Source of the DNA: Micavibrio sp.
GTDB lineage: Bacteria > Pseudomonadota > Alphaproteobacteria > UBA2400
Direction: 5' to 3'
Length of the DNA stretch: 64,000 nucleotides
Assembly (NCBI GenBank): GCA_040376705.1
Contig: JBEIQE010000004.1
Location: forward strand, 4,255 to 68,254
The notes under the pieces: generated by a model
Database searches by the model: none
Told to the model about the DNA's origin: nothing
Seen by the model: only the letters and a program-made list of their open reading frames with translations
Shown: positions 49,794-59,881 of the stretch, piece after piece
How the letters are laid out: each line of letters opens with the position of its first letter
Numbering within the stretch: position 1 is the stretch's first letter
Position numbers and translations under genes: made by a program

Positions 49794-51422
49794 ATGACTG
49801 AACCGCGTGAACGCATGGATTATGACGTACTGGTGGTGGGTGGCGGCCCCTCAGGCCTCTCGGCCGCTATTCGTCTCAAGCAGTTAGCGGCTGAAGCCGG
49901 CAAAGAGCTGTCGGTCTGCGTGGTGGAGAAAGGCTCCGAGGTTGGGGCGCATCTGCTCTCCGGCGCCGCATTCGAGCCGCGCGCGCTGAACGAACTGATC
50001 CCCGATTGGAAGGAAAAAGGCGCGCCGCTCACCGTGCCGGTGGTGGCCGATAAGTTCATCTACCTCACCTCCAAACTCTCCCTGCGCCTGCCCACCCCGC
50101 CGCAAATGAACAACCACGGCAATTACATCATCAGCCTTGGTGAGCTGGGCCGATGGCTGGCACAACAGGCCGAAGCTGCAGGCGTTGAGATTTACCCCGG
50201 CTTTGCTGCAGCTGAAGTGCTGTACGACGAGACGGGCCGCGTGAGCGGCATCGCCACCGGCGATATGGGTATTGGTAAGGATGGCCAGCCAACTGACCAC
50301 TTCACCCGCGGGATGGAGTTGCACGCCAAGCAGACGATATTTGCCGAAGGCGCGCGCGGCTCGCTTACCAAAACCCTGTTCGCCAAGTTTGACCTGCGTA
50401 AAGACTGCCAGCCGCAAACCTTTGGCCTAGGCGTGAAAGAACTGTGGGAGATCGACCCAGCCAAATTTAAAGCCGGCAGCACCACCCATACCATCGGCTG
50501 GCCGCTCGATGCCAAGACTTATGGCGGCAGCTGGATTTATCATTGGCGCGATAACCTTGTGAGCATCGGGTTTGTGACGGGACTTGATTATACCAACCCC
50601 TACCTTTCGCCGTTTGAAGAAATGCAGCGCTTTAAAACCCACCCGATGGTAGCCGAGCTGCTGTCAGGTGGCCGCCGCATTGCTTATGGCGCGCGCGCCC
50701 TTAACGAGGGCGGCTTGCAGAGCCTGCCCAAACTCACCTTCCCCGGCGGGGTGCTGGTGGGCGATACCGCTGGCTTCCTCAACGTGCCGAAAATCAAAGG
50801 CAACCACACCGCCATGAAGAGCGGCATGATTGCAGCCGAGGCTGTATTTGCCGAGCTTGAAGCACGCGAAGTGACCTCGTACCAGAGCCGGTTCGAGAGC
50901 AGCTGGCTGTATGACGAGCTCTACCGCGTACGCAACGTGCGCCCTGCCTTCAAGTTCGGGCTGTATCTCGGTATTGTGCTGAACGCGATTGATACGTTTA
51001 TCTTCCGTGGTAAAGCGCCATGGACGCTCAAGCACAGCCATGCGGATAACGAAACACTGGTGCTGGCCAAGGATGCCAAGCCGATTGTGTATCCCAAGCC
51101 GGATGGCAAACTGACGTTCGACCGCCTGTCGTCAGTCTTTCTCTCCAACACCAATCACGAAGAGAACCAGCCTGCGCACTTGAAGCTGCTCGATCCAGCC
51201 ATTCCCGTGCAATACAACCTCGCCAATTACGATGCGCCTGAACAAAGGTATTGCCCGGCGGCGGTGTACGAGATTGTGCGTAACGCAGCCAATGAGCCGC
51301 GCCTGCAAATCAATGCGCAGAACTGCGTGCACTGCAAGACCTGCGATATCAAAGACCCCAAGCAGAATATCAACTGGGTTACGCCCGAAGGTGGCGGCGG
51401 GCCGAATTACTCGACCATGTAG
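49794..51422 (+). CDS. electron-transfer flavoprotein:ubiquinone oxidoreductase
   Basis: FAD motif [12 protein letters not shown] and a C-terminal 4Fe-4S cluster motif [12 protein letters not shown]. 542 aa. Confidence 0.92.
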   Translation: MTEPRERMDYDVLVVGGGPSGLSAAIRLKQLAAEAGKELSVCVVEKGSEVGAHLLSGAAFEPRALNELIPDWKEKGAPLTVPVVADKFIYLTSKLSLRLPTPPQMNNHGNYIISLGELGRWLAQQAEAAGVEIYPGFAAAEVLYDETGRVSGIATGDMGIGKDGQPTDHFTRGMELHAKQTIFAEGARGSLTKTLFAKFDLRKDCQPQTFGLGVKELWEIDPAKFKAGSTTHTIGWPLDAKTYGGSWIYHWRDNLVSIGFVTGLDYTNPYLSPFEEMQRFKTHPMVAELLSGGRRIAYGARALNEGGLQSLPKLTFPGGVLVGDTAGFLNVPKIKGNHTAMKSGMIAAEAVFAELEAREVTSYQSRFESSWLYDELYRVRNVRPAFKFGLYLGIVLNAIDTFIFRGKAPWTLKHSHADNETLVLAKDAKPIVYPKPDGKLTFDRLSSVFLSNTNHEENQPAHLKLLDPAIPVQYNLANYDAPEQRYCPAAVYEIVRNAANEPRLQINAQNCVHCKTCDIKDPKQNINWVTPEGGGGPNYSTM

Positions 51423-51431
51423 GAGTTTGTC

Positions 51432-52076
51432 ATGCCCACAGTTGCCTTTACCTCTGCCAAAGAGCGCCGCGAAGTGGCTCTGAGCTTTCTCAGTGCCGTG
51501 GCCGCGGGCGATGTGGCGCAGGTCATGCGCTGTGCAGCGCGCCCGGGCTTTAATCCTAATGTGCGGGCGGTGCTAAATAATGTGGGCTGGTCCGAACCCG
51601 GCTATCCGGCTGGGGCCATGGCGATTGCGGCTGACCGCATGGACAGCCCGATGATGCGCACACTGGCGCAGCTGGGCACATCGCTGGGCGTCGATAAAAG
51701 CGGGGCCGACCCGATGCTCATTCTGGGCTGTAACGATGAAGCCAAAAGTGCTGACGCCCTGAGCACCTTCCTGAGCCTCTATGGCCATGCCAATGGCCAG
51801 TGCGACCGCCCCAGCAAAGCCATGCAGATGACCATCATGCATACCCGCAGCGCCAAAACCGCGACGGCCAAAATCAATATGCTGCTGGCCGCGGGTGCTT
51901 CAGGCTTTTATGGGGATGAGCGTTTCGGCACCAACGCCGAACTCGCGCTTATTCGCCTTGGCACCCAGCCCGAATTTGCTCCGGCTGTTAAAAGCATCGC
52001 CAAAGAAATGGCAGGAAAAACTGCAACGCAGGATATTGCCGTCCGCGGCGCAATGGGGATGCTGAAGCGGGGGTGA
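51432..52076 (+). CDS. hypothetical protein, possibly ankyrin-repeat-like
   Basis: 214 aa with ANK-like segments (AVAAGDVAQVMRCAARPGFNPN…). Followed by a palindromic hairpin. Confidence 0.4.
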   Translation: MPTVAFTSAKERREVALSFLSAVAAGDVAQVMRCAARPGFNPNVRAVLNNVGWSEPGYPAGAMAIAADRMDSPMMRTLAQLGTSLGVDKSGADPMLILGCNDEAKSADALSTFLSLYGHANGQCDRPSKAMQMTIMHTRSAKTATAKINMLLAAGASGFYGDERFGTNAELALIRLGTQPEFAPAVKSIAKEMAGKTATQDIAVRGAMGMLKRG

Positions 52077-52285
52077 TACCCTTCACATATTATCCCTCCC
52101 CCGTGAGGGAGAGGGATAATTCTGGTCGCCACTTATCCGTGATTCCAGCGAAGGTTGGCATCCATCTCAAATCCTCTGCGCATGCGTAACAGCTGCGAGC
52201 TGAATACCGGCTTTCGCCGGTATGACAATTTAGGGATAAAAATAGGGGAAATTTCATTAACTTACAGAAATATAAAATCTAAAAT

Positions 52286-53095
52286 TCAACCTTCATACTT
52301 TTTCTTTTCCCTACCCCACTTGGTATCATTTTCAAGAAATGTGTTGCATGCTTCGTATTTCTCAAATGACATGACACGATACTTTTGATCTTTAGGCTGC
52401 CTATGTCTTGCCTTCTTCTTAAATAGTGGCCGCATGAATACGTTTTGCAGTTCAACGTTTAAGTCAGCCAACCAGCACATCAAGATATCACATTTATCAT
52501 AATAATCTTGAATTTTTGGCTTCAGAAACTCTAGGAGATTATCATCTAGCCGTGCCGTTGGAATTGTTTTAACTCCAACATTCGTTACTAAATCTATAGG
52601 CAGTGTCTTAGTGAATGATGATGAAAGTTCCAAAAAACTATCTCGTATATCTTCCAATGCCGCACCAATAGCTTTTTGAAATAAAATAAAACGAGGCTCC
52701 ACGCATTGCGACCCTTCGATCAAAGTGATTACTCTAATTGCTGCGTCCGCAGCTTTCCAATTTAGCTCCATAAAATCTTTTACGCGTGCTTTTGGTAGAT
52801 CCGGCTTCACCCCAAAATTTACAGCTTTCACGTATGTGAAGAGTTCCATTTCAAATTTTTTAGGACACCATGATGCATCACTCAAAGCTGCAGTTGCTTT
52901 TCTGTGAGCATCCACAAAGTCGTCAAAAATTCTTAGTTTAATATCTTCAGCTTTGGTGAGCTTTATCTGTCTAACAACAAAAAAAGCGGCAAGGAGCATG
53001 CCGAACAATTGCAGGACCAAGGCCGCAATTTCCATGGAATTCGCAGCCAACCAGCTTTCATCGCTCCTGATCAATGAAAGAAAATGGAACTCCAT
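52286..53095 (-). CDS. low-GC orphan gene encoding an N-terminally membrane-anchored protein of unknown function
   Basis: About 40% GC and AT-rich codons in a ~60% GC context. One predicted TM helix (AALVLQLFGMLLAAFFVV) followed by a charged ~230-aa soluble domain. No family recognised. Confidence 0.55.
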   Translation of the reverse strand: MEFHFLSLIRSDESWLAANSMEIAALVLQLFGMLLAAFFVVRQIKLTKAEDIKLRIFDDFVDAHRKATAALSDASWCPKKFEMELFTYVKAVNFGVKPDLPKARVKDFMELNWKAADAAIRVITLIEGSQCVEPRFILFQKAIGAALEDIRDSFLELSSSFTKTLPIDLVTNVGVKTIPTARLDDNLLEFLKPKIQDYYDKCDILMCWLADLNVELQNVFMRPLFKKKARHRQPKDQKYRVMSFEKYEACNTFLENDTKWGREKKKYEG

Positions 53096-53111
53096 GAATA
53101 CACCTTATGCA

Positions 53112-55109
53112 TCAAGTATCCAAGAAGCTCCGGAGCTTACTCGAGCGCGAGGGGTGTTTGAGTTTGCGCAGGGCTTTGGCTTCGATCTGGCGGATACGTT
53201 CGCGGGTTACGTTGAACTGCTGGCCAACTTCCTCAAGCGTATGGTCGGTGTTCATACCGATACCAAAACGCATACGCAGCACGCGCTCTTCGCGCGGGGT
53301 CAGTGTCGACAAAACGCGCGTGGTGGTTTCGCGCAGGTTGCTGTGAATGGCAGCATCAAGCGGGATCACCGCGTTCTTGTCTTCAATGAAGTCGCCGAGA
53401 TGCGAATCTTCCTCGTCGCCAATCGGGGTTTCGAGCGAGATTGGCTCTTTGGCAACCTTGAGAACCTTACGCACCTTCTCAAGCGGCATGAGCAAGCGCT
53501 CGGCTAGCTCTTCTGGTGTCGGCTCGCGGCCGATTTCATGCATCATCTGGCGGCTTGTACGCACCAGCTTGTTGATGGTTTCGATCATATGCACAGGAAT
53601 ACGGATGGTGCGGGCCTGATCGGCGATTGAACGGGTAATCGCCTGACGGATCCACCATGTGGCATAGGTCGAGAACTTGTAACCACGGCGGTATTCGAAC
53701 TTATCAACCGCCTTCATGAGGCCGATGTTGCCTTCCTGAATGAGATCAAGGAACTGCAGGCCGCGGTTGGTGTACTTCTTGGCGATGGAGATAACGAGAC
53801 GCAGGTTGGCCTCGACCATTTCCTTCTTCGCGCGGCTGGCTTCGCGCTCGCCCTTTTGCACCGTGCTTACGATACGCTTGAACTCAGGCACTGCCAGGTT
53901 CGAGCGGGCCGAAATTTCGCCAATGCTTTCGCGCATGTAGGTAATTTCGTCTTCATGCTTCTCGACGAACTTACCCCAATGCTTATCGATCTTGGCAACC
54001 TTGGTCAGCCACTTGGGGTCAACTTCGTGGCCCTGATATTCGGCGATGAAAGATTCGCGCGGCACCTTACAGTCAACCGCGAGGCGCATGAGCTTGCCCT
54101 CAACAGTAATAAGCTGGCGGTTAAGGCCGTAGAGCTGATCGACCACCTGCTCGAGGCGGCCATTATTGAGACGCACCTTATTGAGCAGCTCAACCATCTT
54201 CTTCTTGTGGGCGAGGTACTTCTTCTCGATGGTCTTGTCAGGTGCCTGACCCTTGACCACTTCGTCCATACGCGTTTCCTGCAGCTTGGCCATCTTCTTC
54301 CAAGTGCTGGTTACTTCGTCGAACACCTGCAGCACTTCAGGCAGCAGCTTCTCTTCCATGGCGCTGAGCGACATGGCGTTTTCATCTTCACTGCCCTCGC
54401 CGCCTTCGCCTTCAGCTGCGGGTTCGGCATCATCCGGCATCACGGGCGCAGCAGCGGCGGCGGCAGCAGCAGCGGTTGCAGCGGTGGCTGCAGCAGCGGC
54501 AGCTTCATCAAGCCCTTCAGGGCCACCACCGAGGGTGGCTTCGAGATCGATGATGTCACGCAGCAGCAAGTCACCAGCGCGCAAGGCTTCGTGCCATTGA
54601 ATAATCGCGCGGATGGTGAGCGGGCTTTCACAAATACCGCCAATCATCTGCTCTTTACCGGCTTCAATACGCTTGGCGATGGCAATTTCGCCCTCACGCG
54701 AGAGCAGCTCGACCGAGCCCATTTCGCGCAGGTACATACGCACGGGATCGTCGGTACGGCCAACTTCAGAGTCGGCCAGATTACCGGACTTGCCTTCTTC
54801 TTCCTCTTCCTCGTCGCCGTCGGCCTTGGCTTCCTGCTTGGCCTGTTCTTCGAGTTCTTCGGCCTCTTCAACTTCAACAATGGTTACGCCAAGGTCGGAC
54901 AGCGCCGCCATGATGTCTTCAATAACTTCGGCAGCCGTAGTGGTGCTGGGCAGAGCGGCGTTCAGCTCATCATAAGTAACGTAGCCGCGCTCCTTGCCTT
55001 TGGAGATCAGCTTTTTGACGCTAAGCGGCATCTTATCCGCAACGGGGGCTGCATCTGCGCCTTCGTTGTTTTCAGACACTGCCGACTTGCTCTTGCTCAC
55101 TTTTGCCAT
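53112..55109 (-). CDS. rpoD: RNA polymerase sigma factor RpoD (sigma-70)
   Basis: 665 aa with regions 1.1-4.2 recognisable (…[27 protein letters not shown]…), and an acidic, Ala-rich low-complexity insertion. Confidence 0.95.
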   Translation of the reverse strand: MAKVSKSKSAVSENNEGADAAPVADKMPLSVKKLISKGKERGYVTYDELNAALPSTTTAAEVIEDIMAALSDLGVTIVEVEEAEELEEQAKQEAKADGDEEEEEEGKSGNLADSEVGRTDDPVRMYLREMGSVELLSREGEIAIAKRIEAGKEQMIGGICESPLTIRAIIQWHEALRAGDLLLRDIIDLEATLGGGPEGLDEAAAAAATAATAAAAAAAAAPVMPDDAEPAAEGEGGEGSEDENAMSLSAMEEKLLPEVLQVFDEVTSTWKKMAKLQETRMDEVVKGQAPDKTIEKKYLAHKKKMVELLNKVRLNNGRLEQVVDQLYGLNRQLITVEGKLMRLAVDCKVPRESFIAEYQGHEVDPKWLTKVAKIDKHWGKFVEKHEDEITYMRESIGEISARSNLAVPEFKRIVSTVQKGEREASRAKKEMVEANLRLVISIAKKYTNRGLQFLDLIQEGNIGLMKAVDKFEYRRGYKFSTYATWWIRQAITRSIADQARTIRIPVHMIETINKLVRTSRQMMHEIGREPTPEELAERLLMPLEKVRKVLKVAKEPISLETPIGDEEDSHLGDFIEDKNAVIPLDAAIHSNLRETTTRVLSTLTPREERVLRMRFGIGMNTDHTLEEVGQQFNVTRERIRQIEAKALRKLKHPSRSSKLRSFLDT

Positions 55110-55140
55110 TCACTGCCGCCTTACTAAAAAAGTATCTCTA

Positions 55141-56946
55141 CTATTCGTCCTCACCGGGCATGCTTGCTGCCGCGGCTTCCTGATATTCCTTACGCAGCGC
55201 CGCCAACCTGGCGAGCCCTGCTTCATCCATTCGCTCGGCCAAGCTGCGCTCGGCTTGCCTTAACTCTGCCTGCATCGTGGTAAGACGATGCGCCGAGATT
55301 ATCCCCTCCAGGCCACGCTCTACCTGATACACCTCTACATCGGGCCGGGCCCAACGGTTAACGGTGGTCAGTTTTTCGGCTAAGAGCTGGTCGAGCTGGT
55401 CAGAAAACCCCTGATCGCTGAGATGGCTACGCAACCCCTCCGAATCAAGCCCCGGAGACGTTTCGAGCGTACTAACAACAGCTTGCCACAGGCTGTCAAG
55501 CGGACCTGTGATGCCAAGGCCGATTAATCTTTCGCCCATGGTCTCGAAAACCTGCGGATGACGCAGCAGCCCGATAATGAGCATGCGCTGGCGCTGCTGG
55601 GTGGCATCTGGCGGCAAACGGCGTGCCAAGTTACTGGAAGGTGCTTTTTCGTACCTTGGGCCCGCTACCCGGCCCCACCCGAAAGCTGCATTAAGGCGCT
55701 GTTGCAGCTCGGTTTTATAGTAGGTCTGTACCGTCTGATCGGCGATCTTGCCGATGCGCTCGAACAGGGCCGAACGCACGCCAGCCCGTGCCTCGGGGGC
55801 TGAGAGGTCCTTGCCCTCGGTCTCCAGCCGCCACAACATATCGATGAGCGGGATGGCATTTGTCAAAACCTCCTGCATGGCCTTGGGGCCGGCGGATTTG
55901 ATCAGATCGTCCGGATCCTGCCCCTGCGGCAGGAAGGCGATTCGCACGGTCCGGTTGGCGCCGAGCAGTGGCAAAACCCGCTCGACCGAGCGTGCAGCAG
56001 CCCTCTGGCCCGCGTTATCGCCATCAAAACACAGGATCGGATCGCCGCCGGTGCCGCCCAGTTTCCAGAGTTCTTCCATCTGGTTTTCAGTCAGCGCAGT
56101 ACCAAGTGGTGCGACTGCTGCCGGGAAGCCCGCCTCAATCAGCGAGATCACATCCATGTAGCCTTCAACCACAATGGCGGGGGCGCCACGCGGGGCCTCT
56201 TCACGCGCACGTGCGAGTGAGTAAAGCAGTTTGCCTTTATGGAACAGCGGATGGTCAGGGCTGTTGATGTACTTGGGCCCATCGCCACTCATAATGCGGC
56301 CACCAAAGGCAACCACACGGCCACGGCGGTCGGTTACCGGGAACATCACACGGTCACGGAAGAAGCTATAGGTGCGGCCATCGTCACTGCGGCGGGCAAG
56401 GCCCACTTCCATCGCCTGCTCGGGCTCGAACCCTTGGGTCTTTAAATGCGCCAGCAGGGCTGCGCCATCCATCGGCGCGTACCCAAGCCTGAAGCGCGCG
56501 ATGGCCTCATCAGACAAACCGCGCCCGCGCAGATAATCAAGCGAAGGCCTACCTTTGGCTGTATGCAGCTGCTGTTCGTACCACGCGCATGTGACCTCAC
56601 ACAGCTGATGCAGTGTCTTTTGCTGCTTGGCCTGTTCGACCTCTTCGCGCGAGAGCGTAGGCACCTCCATGCCGGCCTGCTGCGCCAGATGGTCAATCGC
56701 CTCAGGGAATGAATAGCGGTCAAACCGCATGACAAAGCCAATGATATCGCCATGCGCACCGCAGCCAAAGCAATGGAAGAAGCCCTTGGCGTCATTCACA
56801 TAAAAGCTGGGGGTTTTCTCGTTATGAAAAGGGCAGCAGCCCTTGAACTCGCGCCCTGCCCGCGTGAGCGTCATGCGTTTGGCCAATACCTCGGACAGAG
56901 GCAGGCGCGTACGCAGCTCATCTAGGAATGACGGAGGAAGCGGCAA
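55141..56946 (-). CDS. dnaG: DNA primase
   Basis: Zinc ribbon CCPFHNEKTPSFYVN….FHCFGCGAHGD, a TOPRIM domain (EGYMDVISL….DGDNAGQRAA), and a position immediately upstream of rpoD. Confidence 0.9.
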   Translation of the reverse strand: MPLPPSFLDELRTRLPLSEVLAKRMTLTRAGREFKGCCPFHNEKTPSFYVNDAKGFFHCFGCGAHGDIIGFVMRFDRYSFPEAIDHLAQQAGMEVPTLSREEVEQAKQQKTLHQLCEVTCAWYEQQLHTAKGRPSLDYLRGRGLSDEAIARFRLGYAPMDGAALLAHLKTQGFEPEQAMEVGLARRSDDGRTYSFFRDRVMFPVTDRRGRVVAFGGRIMSGDGPKYINSPDHPLFHKGKLLYSLARAREEAPRGAPAIVVEGYMDVISLIEAGFPAAVAPLGTALTENQMEELWKLGGTGGDPILCFDGDNAGQRAAARSVERVLPLLGANRTVRIAFLPQGQDPDDLIKSAGPKAMQEVLTNAIPLIDMLWRLETEGKDLSAPEARAGVRSALFERIGKIADQTVQTYYKTELQQRLNAAFGWGRVAGPRYEKAPSSNLARRLPPDATQQRQRMLIIGLLRHPQVFETMGERLIGLGITGPLDSLWQAVVSTLETSPGLDSEGLRSHLSDQGFSDQLDQLLAEKLTTVNRWARPDVEVYQVERGLEGIISAHRLTTMQAELRQAERSLAERMDEAGLARLAALRKEYQEAAAASMPGEDE

Positions 56947-56958
56947 AGCGACCTCTTC

Positions 56959-57420
56959 TTATGAGGCCAGCTTTTCGCGTGCGAAGGCACTGGCCTTGGA
57001 GAAGTCCATCTGACCCGGCCAACGCTTCTTGGCTTCGGCCATTACTTTGCCCAGATCTTTAATGGTGGTCACCGACAGCTCGGCCAGCAGCGCTTCGACT
57101 GCAGCTTTAGCTTCTGCCTCACTCATTTGCTTGGGCAGGAAGGTCTCGATAACGGTAATTTCGCTCTTTTCCTGATCTGCCAGCTCCTGACGGTTACCCT
57201 TCTCGAACATCTCTATCGATTCGCGGCGCTGCTTGATCATCCCCTGCAGCATGGAAAGAATCTGGTCGTCGGCAATACCATCGGCCACGCCCTGAGGGCG
57301 CGCGGCGATATCGCGCTCTTTAAGTGCGGCCATGATCAGGCGGATGGTTGATACGGCCATGGGATTCTTGCCCAGCATCGCAGCCTTGAGCTCTTCGTTA
57401 AAACGGGCGCGCAGTGACAT
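56959..57420 (-). CDS. GatB/YqeY-domain protein
   Basis: 153 aa with the typical YqeY pattern (LKAAMLGKNPMAVSTIRLIMAALKERDI…) upstream of dnaG. Confidence 0.8.
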   Translation of the reverse strand: MSLRARFNEELKAAMLGKNPMAVSTIRLIMAALKERDIAARPQGVADGIADDQILSMLQGMIKQRRESIEMFEKGNRQELADQEKSEITVIETFLPKQMSEAEAKAAVEALLAELSVTTIKDLGKVMAEAKKRWPGQMDFSKASAFAREKLAS

Positions 57421-57664
57421 GAAAAACTCCTCAATTGAATGGTGCGGGACTTTAGCCCGTACCGCCGCATAATACTAGCTTTACAATAGCTCGACGCCAG
57501 GTCAAATCACGGCTATAGAATCGGCACTAACTACCTGAGGACGTAACGTGAAAAAGCCGTTTTTCCTGCTTACGGGTTTATCATTAGCATGAACTTCCCT
57601 GCCCCCGCGAAATCGCACATGCTGCTCAAGCCCATGAGCATTCTTTACACTATGGGCAAGTAAC

Positions 57665-59881
57665 ATGCAGGCAGGCACCGCCTCGGCACGCGCAAGTTTG
57701 GTCGCTTTTGCGCTGGCGCTGCTGTTGTCGGCGGCCTTGCTGTTTAACATTCAGCCGATGATCGGTAAGCAGCTGCTGCCCCGTGTGGGCGGCACCCCGC
57801 AGGTCTGGAATGTGGCGATGGCGTTTTTCCAGCTGGCTTTACTGGCTGGCTATCTGGCTACGCATGCACTCAGCCGCCTCAGTATCCGCACACATGGCAT
57901 CATTTACATCGGTCTGCTGGTAGCCGCATCAGCGTTCCTGCCGATTACCCTGCCGCCCGACTGGCTGCCCGCAGTAACCGGCTATATGCCTTTAGCTGTT
58001 CTAAGCATACTTATAAGCACAGTAGCTGCGCCGTTTATTGCCCTTTCACTGAGTGCGCCAACGCTGCAGCGCCTGTTCAGTGGCACGCAGCACGCGCAGG
58101 CGCAGGATCCGTACTTCCTTTATGTCGCCTCTAACCTCGGCAGCCTTGTTGGCTTACTAGCCTATCCGTTTGTGCTTGAGCCGCTGCTCGCGGTCTCTGC
58201 GCAAGCTGCGCTTTGGCGTTATGGCTTTTTTGTGCTCATCGCGCTAGCCGTGCTTTGTCTTATCCTGCAGCTGCGCCATACGGCTGCGCCTGTAGCACAT
58301 ACCGAGGCAACAGGTACCGCCCCAAGCTGGAAACAACGCGGCTGGTGGGTTGCGCTCTCGTTCATTCCGTCATCCCTCACGCTTGGGGTTACCACTTATA
58401 TAAGTACCGACCTCACCCCCGCTCCATTGCTGTGGGTGATCACACTTGGGCTATACCTGCTCTCGTTCATTGTTGCCTTTGCCACAAAGGGCCAGAGTCT
58501 GCGGAGCCTCTGCCTCTCGGCCTACCCGTGGCTGGCGGCGTTCTCGGCGATTACCGTGCTGGTTCACATCAACCTGCCGTGGCCGATGGTAGGTGTCAGC
58601 CTTATCACGTTCTTCGCAACCGCTGTGGCCTGCCACAGCCTGCTGGCAGCCTCACGCCCGTCCCCCAGCTTCCTCACTGATTTCTATTTATGGCTTTCAG
58701 TCGGCGGGGCTCTTGGCGGTTGCTTTAATGCCTTCATAGCACCGCTTGTATTCACCCAGCTGGCTGAATATCCGCTGGTGCTTATTCTTGCCATTCTGGT
58801 AGCAGGCGTAAATACGGACCTGCTGAGCAACCCACGCAAGATTGCCAATCTGTCAACGACACTAATGGTGCTCAGCCTTGTTAACCTGCTGATGTTCTAT
58901 GGGCGCGATTATGTACCCGCTGATATCCGCAATCTGGTGCTAGCCGCCTTCCTCGCCTCGGCAGTGCCGCTGCTGCGCGCCAAACCCGCCACACTCTATG
59001 GCGCAGCGGTGGTGTTCCTCATCACCTTTACGTTCAAGCCTTATATGAATGACAGCATTTTCATGAACCGTAACTTCTTTGGCATCATCAGCGTGAGTGA
59101 CCGCCTGAGTGATGATGAGAAGGTGACCTACCGCCTGCTCGAACACGGCACCACCACGCACGGCATCCAGATGATTGAGCCGCAGCGCGCAACCACACCA
59201 ACGGGATATTACGCACCAACTGGTCCGCTTGCGCGTATCTGGGCTTTTGCGCAGCCCAAATCACTCGCCCTCATCGGCCTCGGGGCGGGCTCACTCAATT
59301 GCTACGCCAAGCCAGAGCAGCAGCTCCATTTCATCGAGATCGACCCGATGGTGATTGAAGTTGCTAAAGCCTATTTCACATTCCTGTCGGAGTGTCCGCC
59401 ACCACGCATCACGCTGGGAGACGGCCGCCTGATTATGGCCGCAGATACAACCAAGTATGACATGATCGTGCTTGATGCATTTTCCTCTGATTCCATACCT
59501 GTACACATCATTACCCGCGAGGCCATTGCGCTTTACCTCTCCCGCCTTAATGAAGGTGGTATTATTGCCCTGCATACTTCTAACCGCTTCTTCAACCTCG
59601 AGCCGATCCTTGCCGCTATCGCAAACGACCTTGGCCTTACCAGCTATATCGGGCGCGATGAAAGCTCAGGCCCTGTAGATGGCGTCATCACCTTCCCGTC
59701 CGAGGCGGTTGTACTGAGCGCTAATCCGGCACGGCTCGATGGCCTCAAAGCGCAGCCAGAAATATGGCGCAAATTGCAACAGAACCTGCATGTTCAGGCC
59801 TGGACCGATAGCTACTCCAACATCCTCTCAGCCATTAAGGCCAACTCATGGTTAGCCCCGATTAACGAGATCCCCAAATGA
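57665..59881 (+). CDS. fused polytopic-membrane/spermidine-synthase-like protein (paralog 1)
   Basis: About 450 aa of more than 10 TM helices followed by a ~280-aa class-I MTase/PABS fold (LIGLGAGSL….IVLDAFSSDSIP…LHTSNRF). Confidence 0.7.
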   Translation: MQAGTASARASLVAFALALLLSAALLFNIQPMIGKQLLPRVGGTPQVWNVAMAFFQLALLAGYLATHALSRLSIRTHGIIYIGLLVAASAFLPITLPPDWLPAVTGYMPLAVLSILISTVAAPFIALSLSAPTLQRLFSGTQHAQAQDPYFLYVASNLGSLVGLLAYPFVLEPLLAVSAQAALWRYGFFVLIALAVLCLILQLRHTAAPVAHTEATGTAPSWKQRGWWVALSFIPSSLTLGVTTYISTDLTPAPLLWVITLGLYLLSFIVAFATKGQSLRSLCLSAYPWLAAFSAITVLVHINLPWPMVGVSLITFFATAVACHSLLAASRPSPSFLTDFYLWLSVGGALGGCFNAFIAPLVFTQLAEYPLVLILAILVAGVNTDLLSNPRKIANLSTTLMVLSLVNLLMFYGRDYVPADIRNLVLAAFLASAVPLLRAKPATLYGAAVVFLITFTFKPYMNDSIFMNRNFFGIISVSDRLSDDEKVTYRLLEHGTTTHGIQMIEPQRATTPTGYYAPTGPLARIWAFAQPKSLALIGLGAGSLNCYAKPEQQLHFIEIDPMVIEVAKAYFTFLSECPPPRITLGDGRLIMAADTTKYDMIVLDAFSSDSIPVHIITREAIALYLSRLNEGGIIALHTSNRFFNLEPILAAIANDLGLTSYIGRDESSGPVDGVITFPSEAVVLSANPARLDGLKAQPEIWRKLQQNLHVQAWTDSYSNILSAIKANSWLAPINEIPK

